From NCBI GenBank assembly GCA_017504265.1, contig JAFVRN010000001.1, positions 33,203 to 97,202 of the forward strand: a DNA stretch of 64,000 bases, written 5' to 3'. Position numbers and translations under genes: made by a program. Of the stretch, positions 1 through 10,751 are shown one piece after another (positions within the stretch are counted from its first letter, which is position 1; every line of letters begins with the position of its first letter). Below the pieces are notes generated by a model. It ran no database searches, was not told the origin of the DNA, and saw nothing but the letters and a program-made list of their open reading frames with translations. Source of the stretch: Alistipes sp. (lineage in GTDB: Bacteria > Bacteroidota > Bacteroidia > Bacteroidales > Rikenellaceae).

Positions 1-549
1 AACTCGGAGGATTACGCTACGGCTATTGCCGTATTCTCTAAGGGTTATGAGGCTGACCCACGTAACACGGATATGGCTTTGAACCTCGCTGAGAGCTACT
101 TCCGCAGCAATATGTATCAGGATGGTATGCGTATCTGCACAGCTATCTCGGCACTTAACGCCGACAAGTTTGCAGAGGCTATCGCCGAGGCACAGGCCAA
201 GATGGATATGTACACCAACAATGAGGTGGCTAAGTTGCAGATGGCTAACGACTACGACGGTATCATCACCATGGCCGAGCAGCTCGATGACGCAGCTATG
301 GCACATAAGATTACCATGCAGGCATACTACGGCAAGAAGGAGTTTGGCAAGATGGTAGAGCTCTCGGAGGCCGCTCTCGCAGCACAGACTACTGACGAGG
401 GTCGCAGCGACGTATACTACCTCCTTGGCGTAGCTTACAACGAGATGGAGCAGTTCGACAAGGCTATCTCGGCCATGAAGAACGTGACCGCAGGTGCTAA
501 CGTAGCTAATGCTCAGGCTGTTATCACAGCTCTTACCCCCGCCGAGTAA
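1..549 (+). CDS. TPR-repeat protein, 5'-truncated by window edge
   Basis: Frame is open from base 1; TPR-like helices (VYYLLGVAYNEMEQFDKAISA). Confidence 0.75.
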   Translation, partial: NSEDYATAIAVFSKGYEADPRNTDMALNLAESYFRSNMYQDGMRICTAISALNADKFAEAIAEAQAKMDMYTNNEVAKLQMANDYDGIITMAEQLDDAAMAHKITMQAYYGKKEFGKMVELSEAALAAQTTDEGRSDVYYLLGVAYNEMEQFDKAISAMKNVTAGANVANAQAVITALTPAE

Positions 550-550
550 A

Positions 551-938
551 TTTTTGTGATAGCGGCGCATAATTTTTGTGATAAGGGGTCATCTGCGACC
601 TCTCAATCATTGCCCCGAATGGAATGTACGCCAAGTACTATCCATCCGGGGCAATCTCTTAATCGAGGCCACAGCTAACCCCTTCTGACAAAAATTTGGG
701 GTTTAACCGCTGATTATCCCGAGTGTTGTGGGTTCAGTGGGTTCAGTGGGTTCAGTGGGTTCGGTGGGTTCGGTGGGTTTTGTGGGTTCGGTGGAAAAAT
801 CCCCATCTAACCCATTGGACCCATTGAACCCATATGACCCACACTGCTCCGCAGTGGCAGGGCTCCGCCCTGCAACACAAAGGCTACGCACCCCTCAACC
901 ACCCCTCAACTTCCCTTTAACGCCGTGGGCGTGAACTA
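551..938 (+). repeat. Mosaic intergenic repeat copy 1: stub of hairpin H-C (551-570), hairpin H-A (573-694), linker, 7x GTGGGTTCN (728-790), short inverted 9-mer array, GCAGGGC-N3-GCCCTGC, tail ending GCGTGAACTA
   Basis: The same modules recur at 7547-8136, 23754-24272, 38653-39140, 42339-42550 and 60859-61451. Confidence 0.9.
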
Positions 939-966
939 AGCATTTAGTGAAAATAATGTGAAAAAA

Positions 967-998
967 TTTGCTTTTCGAGAGGGGATTTTGTAACTTTG
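967..998 (+). promoter_or_regulatory. Bacteroidota sigma-A promoter of mut operon
   Basis: TTTG (967-970), 20-bp spacer, TAACTTTG (991-998). Confidence 0.7.
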
Positions 999-1129
999 TT
1001 GTGTTTTACGTACATACGCAAGCGTGCGTATAGCAAGCAGGCGAGGCTGCATTACGATAAAACAGCTTACAACAGCAACACAAGATATTAAATATCATAC
1101 ACTTAAAAACAATTAAATCTAAAACAACT

Positions 1130-2980
1130 ATGGCTAATACCAAAGAAAAGTTGTTTACGGAGTTCCCACCGGTGACTACCGAGCAGTGGGAGGCCGTTAT
1201 CACAACTGACCTTAAGGGCGCCGACTATGAGCGCAAATTGGTATGGAAGACCGGCGAGGGATTCAATGTACGTCCCTACTATCGTGCCGAGAACCTCGCA
1301 GAGGTGGAGTATCTTGGCGCACAGCCCGGTGAGTTTCCCTATGTACGCGGCATCAGCAAGGATAACACTTGGCGCGTACACCAGACTATCTCGGTTAAGT
1401 GTGCAGAGTGTGCAAACGAGACCGCACTAAAACTTCTCAACTCGGGTATCGACTCGTTGGGCTTCTGCTTCTGCGAGAGCTGCGCTGCCGATATCGACGT
1501 AGATGTTCTTTTGAAGGATATCGTACCTACGGCTGTTGAGCTTACCTTCTGTGGCTCTAACGTACAGGGTCTGGCAACACTCGCCAAGAAGGTGCTTGCC
1601 AAGTATGCCGACGTGGAGAAGGATGCGTTGCGTCTTAACTTCTGCATCGACCCAATCATGAAGGACCTCTCTACAAAGGGTGACTTCTGCTGCGGCACGG
1701 GTGACGAGTGCTTCGACACTATCGCCGAGTTGGCAAAGGCTACTGCCGAGTACAAGCGAGTTAAGGTTGTAAACGTATCGGGTGCTACCTTCTCTAACTC
1801 AGGCTCTACCATCGTTGAGGAGCTTGGTTTCACGCTTGCTGCTGCTCACGAGTATCTTGTAAAGCTTATGGAGCGTGGTCTTAGCATCGACGAGGCTGCT
1901 CGCAAGATTCGCTTTACGTTTGCCGTAACTGCCAACTACTTTATGGAGATGGCTAAGTTCCGTGCAGCACGTCTGTTGTGGGCAAATATCGTCAAGGCTT
2001 ACAATCCTACGAAGGATTGCTCGGCTAAGATGATAGCACACGCCGTAACTTCTACTTGGAATCAGACTGTTTACGATCCATACGTGAATATGCTTCGTGG
2101 CACAACCGAGGCTATGTCGGCAGCTATTGCCGGTGTACACTCTTTGGAGGTACTTCCATTCGACTACGCCTTCGAGCCCGCTACCGAATTCTCGGCACGT
2201 ATCGCACGTAACACACAGCTTCTCTTGAAGCACGAGTCACACTTCGATCAGGTTGTAGACCCTGCCGGTGGTTCATACTTCATCGAGACACTTACAAAGA
2301 ATATCGCAACTGAGGCTTGGGCACTCTTCCGCGAGGTTGAGGATAAGGGCGGTTATATCGCTGCTTTCCGTGAGGGCTTCATCGTTGAGCGTGTTAAGGC
2401 ATCTGCTGCTGCCAAGGATAAGAGCATCGCAACACGTCGTCTTATTCTTCTTGGTGCTAACCAGTATCCTAACTTTACGGAGGTTGCCGACGAGGCTATC
2501 AAGGAGTGCGCTGTTGAGCGTAAGAGTTGTGATGCCAACGTATTGGTACCCTACCGTGGTGCTATGGCCTTCGAGGATATGCGCTTGAAGGTAGACCGTT
2601 CGGGTAAGACACCTAAGGCATTTATGCTCACTTGCGGCACGCTTGGTATGGCACGCGCACGTGCACAGTTCTCATGCAACTTCTTCGCATGCGCCGGTAT
2701 CCGTGTTGAGGATAACACCTTCTTCAAGAGCATCGAGGAGGGCGTTGAGGCAGCTTTGGCATCGAAGGCCGAAATCGTTGTGGTATGTGCTTCGGATGAC
2801 GACTATGCAACAGCTGCTCCACGTGTCAAGGAGCTTCTTGGCGACAAGGCTATCTTGGTTGTTGCCGGTGCACCTGCTTGCGCAGCCGAGTTGGAGGCAC
2901 AGGGCATCACAAACTTCATTAACGTGAAGAGCAACGTGCTTGAGACATTGAAGGATTACTTAAAGAAGTTGGGCATTTAA
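1130..2980 (+). CDS. mutA: Methylmalonyl-CoA mutase small (beta) subunit
   Basis: PGEFPYVRG and [10 protein letters not shown] motifs; lacks DxHxxG; directly precedes the large subunit. Confidence 0.93.
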   Translation: MANTKEKLFTEFPPVTTEQWEAVITTDLKGADYERKLVWKTGEGFNVRPYYRAENLAEVEYLGAQPGEFPYVRGISKDNTWRVHQTISVKCAECANETALKLLNSGIDSLGFCFCESCAADIDVDVLLKDIVPTAVELTFCGSNVQGLATLAKKVLAKYADVEKDALRLNFCIDPIMKDLSTKGDFCCGTGDECFDTIAELAKATAEYKRVKVVNVSGATFSNSGSTIVEELGFTLAAAHEYLVKLMERGLSIDEAARKIRFTFAVTANYFMEMAKFRAARLLWANIVKAYNPTKDCSAKMIAHAVTSTWNQTVYDPYVNMLRGTTEAMSAAIAGVHSLEVLPFDYAFEPATEFSARIARNTQLLLKHESHFDQVVDPAGGSYFIETLTKNIATEAWALFREVEDKGGYIAAFREGFIVERVKASAAAKDKSIATRRLILLGANQYPNFTEVADEAIKECAVERKSCDANVLVPYRGAMAFEDMRLKVDRSGKTPKAFMLTCGTLGMARARAQFSCNFFACAGIRVEDNTFFKSIEEGVEAALASKAEIVVVCASDDDYATAAPRVKELLGDKAILVVAGAPACAAELEAQGITNFINVKSNVLETLKDYLKKLGI

Positions 2981-2993
2981 TCAATTTAGAACA

Positions 2994-5123
2994 ATGAGAG
3001 CAAAATTTTCAGATTTAGAATATAAGGCTGCAGCCGTGGAGTGCTGTGGCAAGAAGAACGCTCCGAAGGAGGATTGGTTGACTGCCGAGCGCATTCCTGT
3101 TAAGGAGAACTATACGGCTGCCGACCTCGAAGGTATGGAGCACCTCAACTATGCAGCGGGTATCGCACCATTCTTGCGTGGCCCTTACTCTACGATGTAT
3201 GTAATGCGTCCTTGGACTATTCGTCAGTATGCAGGTTTCTCTACTGCCGAGGAGTCTAACGCCTTCTACCGTCGTAACCTTGCAGCAGGACAGAAGGGTC
3301 TGTCTGTTGCCTTCGACCTTGCGACACACCGTGGCTACGATGCCGACCATCCACGTGTAGTGGGTGACGTTGGTAAGGCCGGTGTATCTATCTGCTCGGT
3401 AGAGGATATGAAGGTACTCTTCAATGGTATTCCATTGGATCAGATGTCTGTATCAATGACAATGAACGGTGCCGTACTTCCTGTCTTGGCCTTCTACATC
3501 GTGGCAGGTTTGGAGCAGGGCTGTACTCTCGATCAGCTTGCAGGTACTATCCAAAATGATATCCTCAAGGAGTTCATGGTGCGTAACACCTATATCTACC
3601 CACCAGAGTTCTCTATGAAGATTATCGCCGACATCTTCGAGTACACCTCTAAGAATATGCCTAAGTTCAACTCGATTTCTATCTCGGGTTACCATATGCA
3701 GGAGGCAGGTGCTACAGCCGATATCGAGCTTGCATACACTCTTGCCGATGGTTTGGAGTATCTTCGTGCAGGTATCAATGCAGGTATGTCTATCGACGCC
3801 TTTGCACCACGTTTGTCATTCTTCTGGGCTATCGGTATGAACCACTTTATGGAGATTGCCAAGATGCGTGCAGCACGTCTGTTGTGGGCGAAGATCGTCA
3901 AGCAGTTCGAGCCTAAGAATCCTAAGTCTTTGGCATTGCGTACTCACTCGCAGACCTCAGGCTGGTCACTTACCGAGCAGGATCCATTCAACAACGTAGC
4001 GCGTACAGCTATCGAGGCTATGGGTGCAGCTTTGGGTCACACACAGTCGTTGCATACCAACGCTTTGGATGAGGCTATTGCACTTCCTACCGACTTCTCG
4101 GCACGTATCGCACGTAATACTCAGATTTACATTCAGGAGGAGACCAACGTATGTCGTTCTGCCGATCCATGGGCAGGCTCATACTATGTGGAGTCACTCA
4201 CACACGAGATTGCTCACAAGGCTTGGGAGCACATCCAGGAGATCGAGCAGCTCGGAGGTATGGCAAAGGCTATCGAGACAGGTATTCCTAAGCTACGTAT
4301 CGAGGAGGCCGCAGCACGTAAGCAGGCCCGCATCGACTCTGGCGTAGAGACCATCATCGGTGTAAACCGCTACCGTTTGGAGAAGGAGGCACCTATCGAC
4401 ATTCTTGCCGTAGACAACACAGCCGTTCGCGAGAGCCAGGTTAAGCGTTTGCAGGAGTTGCGCGCAACGCGTGACAATGCTGCCGTAGCTAAGGCGTTGG
4501 AGGCTATCACCGAGTGCGTACGTACGGGTAAGGGGAACTTGCTTGCATTGGCTGTTGAGGCCGCTAAGGTACGTGCATCTCTTGGTGAGATCTCGGATGC
4601 TTGCGAGAAGATTGTTGGCCGCTACAAGGCTGTTATTCGTTTGAACTCAGGTGTATATTCAGCAGAGGTGAAATCAGATTCAGCATTTGACAAGGCAAAG
4701 CAGATGTGTGCTGACTTTGCTAAGAAGGAGGGCCGTCAGCCCCGTATTATGATCGCTAAGTTGGGTCAGGATGGACACGACCGTGGAGCTAAGGTTGTTG
4801 CTACGGGTTATGCCGATATCGGTTTCGATGTCGATATGGGTCCATTGTTCCAGACTCCTGAGGAGGCTGCTAAGCAGGCCGTAGAGAACGACGTTCACGT
4901 AGTGGGCGTATCGTCACTCGCTGCCGGTCACCTCACACTCGTTCCTCAGATTATCGCAGAGCTCAAGAAGCTCGGCCGTGAGGATATCGTAGTTGTTGTT
5001 GGTGGCGTTATCCCTGCACAGGATTACGATGAGCTATATCGTGACGGTGCAGCTGCTATCTTCGGCCCTGGTACTCCGGTTGCCACAGCAGCTATCAAGA
5101 TTCTTGAGATTTTGGGCGAGTAG
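2994..5123 (+). CDS. scpA: Methylmalonyl-CoA mutase large (alpha) subunit, adenosylcobalamin-dependent
   Basis: [11 protein letters not shown]; B12-binding GQDGHDRG and [10 protein letters not shown]. Confidence 0.96.
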   Translation: MRAKFSDLEYKAAAVECCGKKNAPKEDWLTAERIPVKENYTAADLEGMEHLNYAAGIAPFLRGPYSTMYVMRPWTIRQYAGFSTAEESNAFYRRNLAAGQKGLSVAFDLATHRGYDADHPRVVGDVGKAGVSICSVEDMKVLFNGIPLDQMSVSMTMNGAVLPVLAFYIVAGLEQGCTLDQLAGTIQNDILKEFMVRNTYIYPPEFSMKIIADIFEYTSKNMPKFNSISISGYHMQEAGATADIELAYTLADGLEYLRAGINAGMSIDAFAPRLSFFWAIGMNHFMEIAKMRAARLLWAKIVKQFEPKNPKSLALRTHSQTSGWSLTEQDPFNNVARTAIEAMGAALGHTQSLHTNALDEAIALPTDFSARIARNTQIYIQEETNVCRSADPWAGSYYVESLTHEIAHKAWEHIQEIEQLGGMAKAIETGIPKLRIEEAAARKQARIDSGVETIIGVNRYRLEKEAPIDILAVDNTAVRESQVKRLQELRATRDNAAVAKALEAITECVRTGKGNLLALAVEAAKVRASLGEISDACEKIVGRYKAVIRLNSGVYSAEVKSDSAFDKAKQMCADFAKKEGRQPRIMIAKLGQDGHDRGAKVVATGYADIGFDVDMGPLFQTPEEAAKQAVENDVHVVGVSSLAAGHLTLVPQIIAELKKLGREDIVVVVGGVIPAQDYDELYRDGAAAIFGPGTPVATAAIKILEILGE

Positions 5124-5145
5124 TCCACGCTTAGGAATATAGTCA

Positions 5146-5197
5146 AAGGGGCGTGTCCAATAAGTTTGGGCACGCTCCTTATTTTAGAAGTTGTATA
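5146..5197 (+). repeat. Q palindrome (GCGTGTCCAAYAAGTTTGGGCACGC) plus TATTTTAGAAGTTGTATA tail; probable terminator
   Basis: Five copies in the window, each just downstream of a + strand gene. Confidence 0.8.
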
Positions 5198-5205
5198 GAT
5201 AGCAA

Positions 5206-5787
5206 CTACTGCAAAGCCTTGGCACGACGATGCACATCCAGCAGTTTGAACGACAGCGATATCGTCGATATGCCATAGATTATAAATCCTGCGGCAATGA
5301 TGAGTATCACTATGGCCATGCCAAGCGTTGCAGGCAGAAGCAGTATCGCCAAGGAGATGGCGATAATCAGCGTAGCACCAAATATAACCCATCCCGCATC
5401 ACGAATCTGATATTTATACAAATCGGCACCCTGCATAAAGAGTGTCACGCCTCGGTAGAGCAACCATAGGCCAAGTAACAGAGGGAGCATCGCTGCCGAG
5501 AGCATTGTGTTTAGCATAAGGATAATGCCAATTACAATATCGGCAATCGAGGCTACTATAAGCCACCCGCGATGCACAAAGTAGTTGCGCGACGTAAGGC
5601 TCTGCCACAATCCTAAAAAACCGGAGATGAATATCGCTATGCCGAGCCACATGGCAATAGCAAGATAGCTGTTCACCGGATTAATTAATACTACAAAGCC
5701 CAAGGCCAGCGAGAGGAAGCCTACCAACATCGACATCCACCAACATCCTATAAGATGTTCACAGCGTTCAAAATAGTTCTTTTTCAT
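5206..5787 (-). CDS. HdeD/DUF308 family membrane protein
   Basis: About six hydrophobic segments, WW motif near the N-terminus, duplicated helix-pair pattern. Confidence 0.75.
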   Translation of the reverse strand: MKKNYFERCEHLIGCWWMSMLVGFLSLALGFVVLINPVNSYLAIAMWLGIAIFISGFLGLWQSLTSRNYFVHRGWLIVASIADIVIGIILMLNTMLSAAMLPLLLGLWLLYRGVTLFMQGADLYKYQIRDAGWVIFGATLIIAISLAILLLPATLGMAIVILIIAAGFIIYGISTISLSFKLLDVHRRAKALQ

Positions 5788-5950
5788 ATTGATTAGTATT
5801 ATGCCGATACCATAGGCAAGAACCGTGCAATTAGAGCTATAATAAATATATAAGGTATAGATAGCCGCTAAAAGTGGCTAAAAGGGTATTGAGGTTTGCG
5901 TTTTTTTCAGATAATTACTACCTTTGCTCACAATACCTAAAACAAGAATT

Positions 5951-7540
5951 ATGAAAAAAGCTATTCGCCACATTCTACTTGCAGCAATATCGATTATCGC
6001 TGCCACTGCCACCATCTCGGCTACCGAGCTGCACATCATCCCCGAACCCTCATATATAGATTTGGAGGCAGAGGGATACTACGAGGTTACGGCCAAAACC
6101 CGCCTTGTGGTAAATGACGAGGCATGGAACCCTGCCGAGCGTTTCTCGGAGTATATGATGGAGTATTTCAATACGGATAAGCCTATGCGTATGGGCAAGC
6201 GAGGCAAGGGCATCAAGATACGTATCGACAGCTGTGTGCCCTACGAGGGCTACGAGCTTACATCCTCGGAGGAGGGCGTACTTATCATCGGAGGCTCTGA
6301 GGCCGGCATATTCTACGGTCTGCAAACCCTACGACAGATTATCGTCACACGCAACGGTAAGGTGCCATACGGCTTTATCGCCGACGAGCCATCTCTTGCC
6401 TACCGTGGCGTTCACCTCGATGTGGCACGTCACTTCTTCGGCGTGGAGGATGTTAAGCGTTATATCGATATTATCGCTGCACATAAGGTAAACCGCCTGC
6501 ATTGGCATCTTACCGACGACCAGGGCTGGCGTATCGAGATAAAACGCTACCCCGAGCTTACCGAGAAAGGCTCTATGCGTAAGGAGACACTTATCGGCCA
6601 CGGCCTACGCCCCGAGTGGTGGGACGGCAAACCCTATGGCGGCTACTACACACAGGAGCAGATACGCGATGTCGTAGATTATGCTGCAAAGCGTTATATC
6701 ACCATCATCCCTGAGATTGAGATGCCCGGACATGCACAGGCTGCACTTCATGCGCTACCGTGGTTGGGCTGCGAGGAGCAGGAGGTCGATGTATGGACAA
6801 TGTGGGGCGTTACACCCGAGGTTATGTGCGCAGGTAAGGAGAGTACCTATGAGTTCTTGGAGAATGTTCTGATGGAGGTCCTTGAGCTCTTCCCCTCGGA
6901 GCTGATACATATCGGTGGCGACGAGTGCCCCAAAGATCGATGGAAGGAGTGTGAGCACTGCCAGGCGAAGATTAAGGCCGAGGGCCTCGGTGGCGAGGAG
7001 CAGCTACAAGGCTATCTCGTGGCTCGCATCGAGAAGTTCCTCAACCAGCACGGCCGTAAGATGATCGGCTGGGACGAGATTCTCGACGGCGGTGTTACCC
7101 CTACCGCTACGGTTATGTCGTGGCGAGGCATCGAGGGTGGCATATATGCTGCACAGCGTGGCAACGAGGTTGTTATGACCCCTATGAAGCTATGCTATTT
7201 CAACTTCTATCAAACCGAGAGCCGTGAGGGCGAAGGTCTGCATATCGGTGGCCATATACCCTTCGAGTTGGTATACTCGTGGGACCCATTCGAAGGTCTT
7301 AACCCCGAAGAGCGCAAGTTTATCATTGGCGCACAGTGCAATATGTGGTCGGAGTATATCAAGGATATGGAGACGCTCGAACATATGTTGCTTCCACGCC
7401 TTGCCGCAATGTCGGAGGTACAGTGGGCTACGGAACGACGTGACGAGAATAGTATCCGCCAACGTATGGAAAGCATGCGTAAGTTCTACGATGCCTGCGG
7501 TTGGAGATATGCACCATACTACTTCGAAGGCAGGAAGTAA
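5951..7540 (+). CDS. GH20 beta-N-acetylhexosaminidase, secreted
   Basis: Signal peptide from ATG 5951; HWHLTDDQGWR, PEIEMPGH, catalytic HIGGDE. Confidence 0.93.
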   Translation: MKKAIRHILLAAISIIAATATISATELHIIPEPSYIDLEAEGYYEVTAKTRLVVNDEAWNPAERFSEYMMEYFNTDKPMRMGKRGKGIKIRIDSCVPYEGYELTSSEEGVLIIGGSEAGIFYGLQTLRQIIVTRNGKVPYGFIADEPSLAYRGVHLDVARHFFGVEDVKRYIDIIAAHKVNRLHWHLTDDQGWRIEIKRYPELTEKGSMRKETLIGHGLRPEWWDGKPYGGYYTQEQIRDVVDYAAKRYITIIPEIEMPGHAQAALHALPWLGCEEQEVDVWTMWGVTPEVMCAGKESTYEFLENVLMEVLELFPSELIHIGGDECPKDRWKECEHCQAKIKAEGLGGEEQLQGYLVARIEKFLNQHGRKMIGWDEILDGGVTPTATVMSWRGIEGGIYAAQRGNEVVMTPMKLCYFNFYQTESREGEGLHIGGHIPFELVYSWDPFEGLNPEERKFIIGAQCNMWSEYIKDMETLEHMLLPRLAAMSEVQWATERRDENSIRQRMESMRKFYDACGWRYAPYYFEGRK

Positions 7541-7546
7541 GATAGA

Positions 7547-8136
7547 GGGCGTGTCCAATAAGTTTTTGGACACGCTCCTTATTTTAGAAGGGTAGTTCAC
7601 GCCTGCGGCGTTAAAGGGTAGTTGAAGAGTAGTTAAAGGGTGGCGTTGCTTTTGTTTTGCAGGGCAAAGCCCTGCCACTGCAAAGCAGTGTGGGTCAGAT
7701 GGGTTAGATGGGTCCAATGGGTTAGATGGGGATTTTTCCACCGAACCCACAAAACCCACAAAACCCATAGAACCCACAAAACCCACAAAACCCACTGAAC
7801 CCACTGAACCCACTGAACCCACTGAACCCACTGAACCCACTGAACCCACTGAACCCACTGAACCCACTGAACCCACTGAACCCACTGAACACTGAACCCA
7901 CTGAACCCACTGAACCCACTGAACCCACTGAACCCATAGAACCCACTGAACCCACTGAACCCATAGAACCCATAGAACCCACAACACTCGGGATAATGAG
8001 CGGTAAAACCCCAATTTTTGTCAGAAGGGGTTAGCTGTGGCCTCGATTAAGAGATTGCCCCGGATGGATAGTACTTAGCGTACATTCCATTCGGGGCAAT
8101 GATTGAGAGGTCGCAGATGACCCCTTATCACAAAAA
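7547..8136 (-). repeat. Mosaic repeat copy 2 (inverted): Q palindrome, tail, GCAGGGC palindrome, 27-unit 9-mer array (7742-7982, one unit only 7 nt), linker, hairpin H-A (8015-8136)
   Basis: Direct alignment with copies 1 and 3. Confidence 0.92.
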
Positions 8137-8613
8137 TTATATCGAGATGTTGAGAATCTCCAATTTAAGCAATCCCGCAGGAACCTGAACCTCAACAATA
8201 TCTCCAACCTTCTTTCCAAGCAACGCCTTGGCAATAGGAGTACCTATGGCAAGCTTACCCTCGCGAAGGTTTGCCTCGTTCTCAGATACAATGGTGTACT
8301 CCACCTCGCGCTTTACGTTGTGGTTGAGAAGCTTTACACGGCTAAGTATCTGCACCTTAGAGGTGTCAATCTTAGTCTCGTCGATGATACGTGCCTTGGA
8401 TAGCGTATTTTCAAGCTGTGCTATACGCATCTCCAAAAGTCCTTGTGCCTCACGTGCTGCATCATACTCTGCATTCTCCGAGAGGTCGCCCTTGTCACGA
8501 GCCTCAGCAATAGCAGCTGCCGCTGCCGGACGCTCTACCGATAACATATGGTTGAGCTCCTCCTTCAGTTTGTTCATTCCCTCAGCTGTGAGGTAGATGA
8601 TTTCGTTACTCAT
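8137..8613 (-). CDS. greA: Transcription elongation factor GreA
   Basis: ARDKGDLSENAEY motif; C-terminal TPIAKALLGKKVGD. Confidence 0.96.
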   Translation of the reverse strand: MSNEIIYLTAEGMNKLKEELNHMLSVERPAAAAAIAEARDKGDLSENAEYDAAREAQGLLEMRIAQLENTLSKARIIDETKIDTSKVQILSRVKLLNHNVKREVEYTIVSENEANLREGKLAIGTPIAKALLGKKVGDIVEVQVPAGLLKLEILNISI

Positions 8614-9056
8614 AGTCTATCCTTTTTATTTTATTGTTTCTACGTTTTGCAACTCCGCTTGTCGTGTATATACAAAAAAATAATGAATTCCAATCCTTGT
8701 GAGATCAGAACCCTTACGAAAATGTAGCACAAAGATAGGGCTTTTTTTTCGAATCCACAAATTTTTACGACACAAACTATGCCATTAGAGCCTATCTGAG
8801 GGCTACTTCGGCCTATGATTAGGGATATTATGCGAAGGAGAAAAATGTAGCTGAAAGAGGAAGATTGGAAATTATTAATTTTTTTTAATAAAAGTGGTGT
8901 TAAAATTTTCACAGTCCGAAATTATTTCTTACATTTGCACCGTATTTGTTCAAAATGGTGAATAAATATCGAAAGCTCGCAATAAGATTTACTTAGTCGC
9001 GTTAGCTTTGCAAATTACGGAGAGTATTAATGATGTATTAATTAAATAGAAAAATT

Positions 9057-10661
9057 ATGGCAACAATTGATTTATCAAAGTACGGTATTACCGATGTTAA
9101 GGAGATTGTCTATAACCCCTCATACGAGACTCTTTATGAGGAGGAGACCAAGGCTGAACTTACAGGCTTCGACAAGGGTGTTGTTACCGAGATGGGTGCA
9201 GTAAACGTGATGACAGGTGTTTACACAGGTCGTTCACCTAAAGATAAGTTCTTCGTAATGGATGACACCACTAAGGATACTATCTGGTGGACATCTGAGG
9301 AGTACAAGAACGATAACAAGCCTGTTACACAGGAGGCATGGGTAGAGTTGAAGAAGATCGCATCACAGGAGCTATCTAATAAGAAGCTCTATGTTGTAGA
9401 TACGTTCTGCGGTGCTAACGAGAACTCACGCCTCAAGATTCGTTTCATCATGGAGGTTGCTTGGCAGGCACACTTCGTTAAGAATATGTTTATCCGTCCT
9501 ACCGAGGAGGAGTTGGCAAACTATGGTGAGCCTGACTTCGTGGTACTCAACGCCTCAAAGGCAAAGGTTGAGAACTACAAGGAGCTTGGCCTCAACTCGG
9601 AGACTGCCGTAGTATTCAACCTCACTGAGAAGATGCAGGTTATCATCAACACATGGTATGGTGGTGAGATGAAGAAGGGTATGTTCTCTTATATGAACTA
9701 TCTTCTTCCATTGAAGGGTATGGCCTCTATGCACTGCTCGGCAAATACCAACGAGAAGGGCGAGACAGCTATCTTCTTCGGCCTTTCTGGTACGGGTAAG
9801 ACTACCCTTTCGACAGATCCTAAGCGTCAGCTTATCGGCGATGACGAGCACGGCTGGGATGACGATGGAGTATTTAACTTCGAGGGTGGTTGCTATGCTA
9901 AGGTTATCAACCTCTCTAAGGAGAATGAGCCAGATATTTGGAACGCAATACGTCGTGACGCACTCTTGGAGAACGTTACAGTAGACGAGAATGGCAAGAT
10001 TGATTTCTCGGACAAGTCAGTTACCGAGAACACACGTGTATCTTACCCTATCTACCACATCGACAACATCGTAGAGCCTGTATCTAAGGCTCCTGCTGCA
10101 AAGAAGGTTATCTTCCTTTCGGCCGATGCGTTTGGTGTGTTGCCTCCTGTATCTATCCTTACACCCGAGCAGACCAAGTACTACTTCCTTTCGGGCTTTA
10201 CCGCTAAGCTTGCAGGTACGGAGCGTGGTATCACCGAGCCTACACCTACCTTCTCGGCTTGCTTCGGCGCAGCTTTCCTTTCACTCCACCCAACAAAGTA
10301 TGGCGAGGAGCTTGTAAAGAAGATGGAGGCATCAGGTGCTACTGCATACCTCGTAAACACAGGTTGGAATGGTACAGGCAAGCGTATCTCTATCAAGGAT
10401 ACACGTGGTATCATCGACGCTATCCTCGATGGTTCTATCGACAAGGCTGCAACTAAGCAGATTCCTATCTTCGACTTCAAGGTGCCAACAGCGTTGCCAG
10501 GTGTAGATCCAGCAATCTTGGATCCACGTGACACTTACAGCAATGTTGAGGATTGGAACAAGAAGGCTGAGGACTTGGCCGGTCGTTTCATCAAGAACTT
10601 CGCTAAGTTCACTACAAACGAGGAGGGTAAGGCACTTGTAGCTGCCGGCCCAAAGCTCTAA
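9057..10661 (+). CDS. pckA: Phosphoenolpyruvate carboxykinase (ATP)
   Basis: TGRSPKDK, P-loop [18 protein letters not shown]; promoter TACATTTG at 8930-8937. Confidence 0.97.
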   Translation: MATIDLSKYGITDVKEIVYNPSYETLYEEETKAELTGFDKGVVTEMGAVNVMTGVYTGRSPKDKFFVMDDTTKDTIWWTSEEYKNDNKPVTQEAWVELKKIASQELSNKKLYVVDTFCGANENSRLKIRFIMEVAWQAHFVKNMFIRPTEEELANYGEPDFVVLNASKAKVENYKELGLNSETAVVFNLTEKMQVIINTWYGGEMKKGMFSYMNYLLPLKGMASMHCSANTNEKGETAIFFGLSGTGKTTLSTDPKRQLIGDDEHGWDDDGVFNFEGGCYAKVINLSKENEPDIWNAIRRDALLENVTVDENGKIDFSDKSVTENTRVSYPIYHIDNIVEPVSKAPAAKKVIFLSADAFGVLPPVSILTPEQTKYYFLSGFTAKLAGTERGITEPTPTFSACFGAAFLSLHPTKYGEELVKKMEASGATAYLVNTGWNGTGKRISIKDTRGIIDAILDGSIDKAATKQIPIFDFKVPTALPGVDPAILDPRDTYSNVEDWNKKAEDLAGRFIKNFAKFTTNEEGKALVAAGPKL

Positions 10662-10682
10662 TCGATATAGAGTTTATACGAC

Positions 10683-10720
10683 AAGAGCGTGTCCAACAAG
10701 TTTGGGCACGCTCTTTATTT
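10683..10720 (+). repeat. Q palindrome copy; probable terminator of pckA
   Basis: AAGAGCGTGTCCAA-CAAGT-TTGGGCACGCTCTT followed by TATTT. Confidence 0.8.
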
Positions 10721-10751
10721 GGTAATGATGCCAAAAGAGCCTTGTAGAGCT

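Noticed and set aside
703-934. ORFs encoding VGS/TEP/HRT/WVQ repeats (also near 7190-8014, 23876-24186, 38605-39026, 42238-42464, 60933-61176)
   Set aside because: They arise from stop-free 9-mer arrays, are open in several frames and are broken by non-triplet indels (7-nt and 8-nt units), so they are not under coding constraint.
1007-1060. Riboswitch in the mutAB leader
   Set aside because: Only two short hairpins (TACGCA/TGCGTA, GCAG/CTGC); no B12 box or other recognisable aptamer.
7742-7982. CRISPR array
   Set aside because: Contiguous 9-bp units with no unique spacers; no cas genes in the window.
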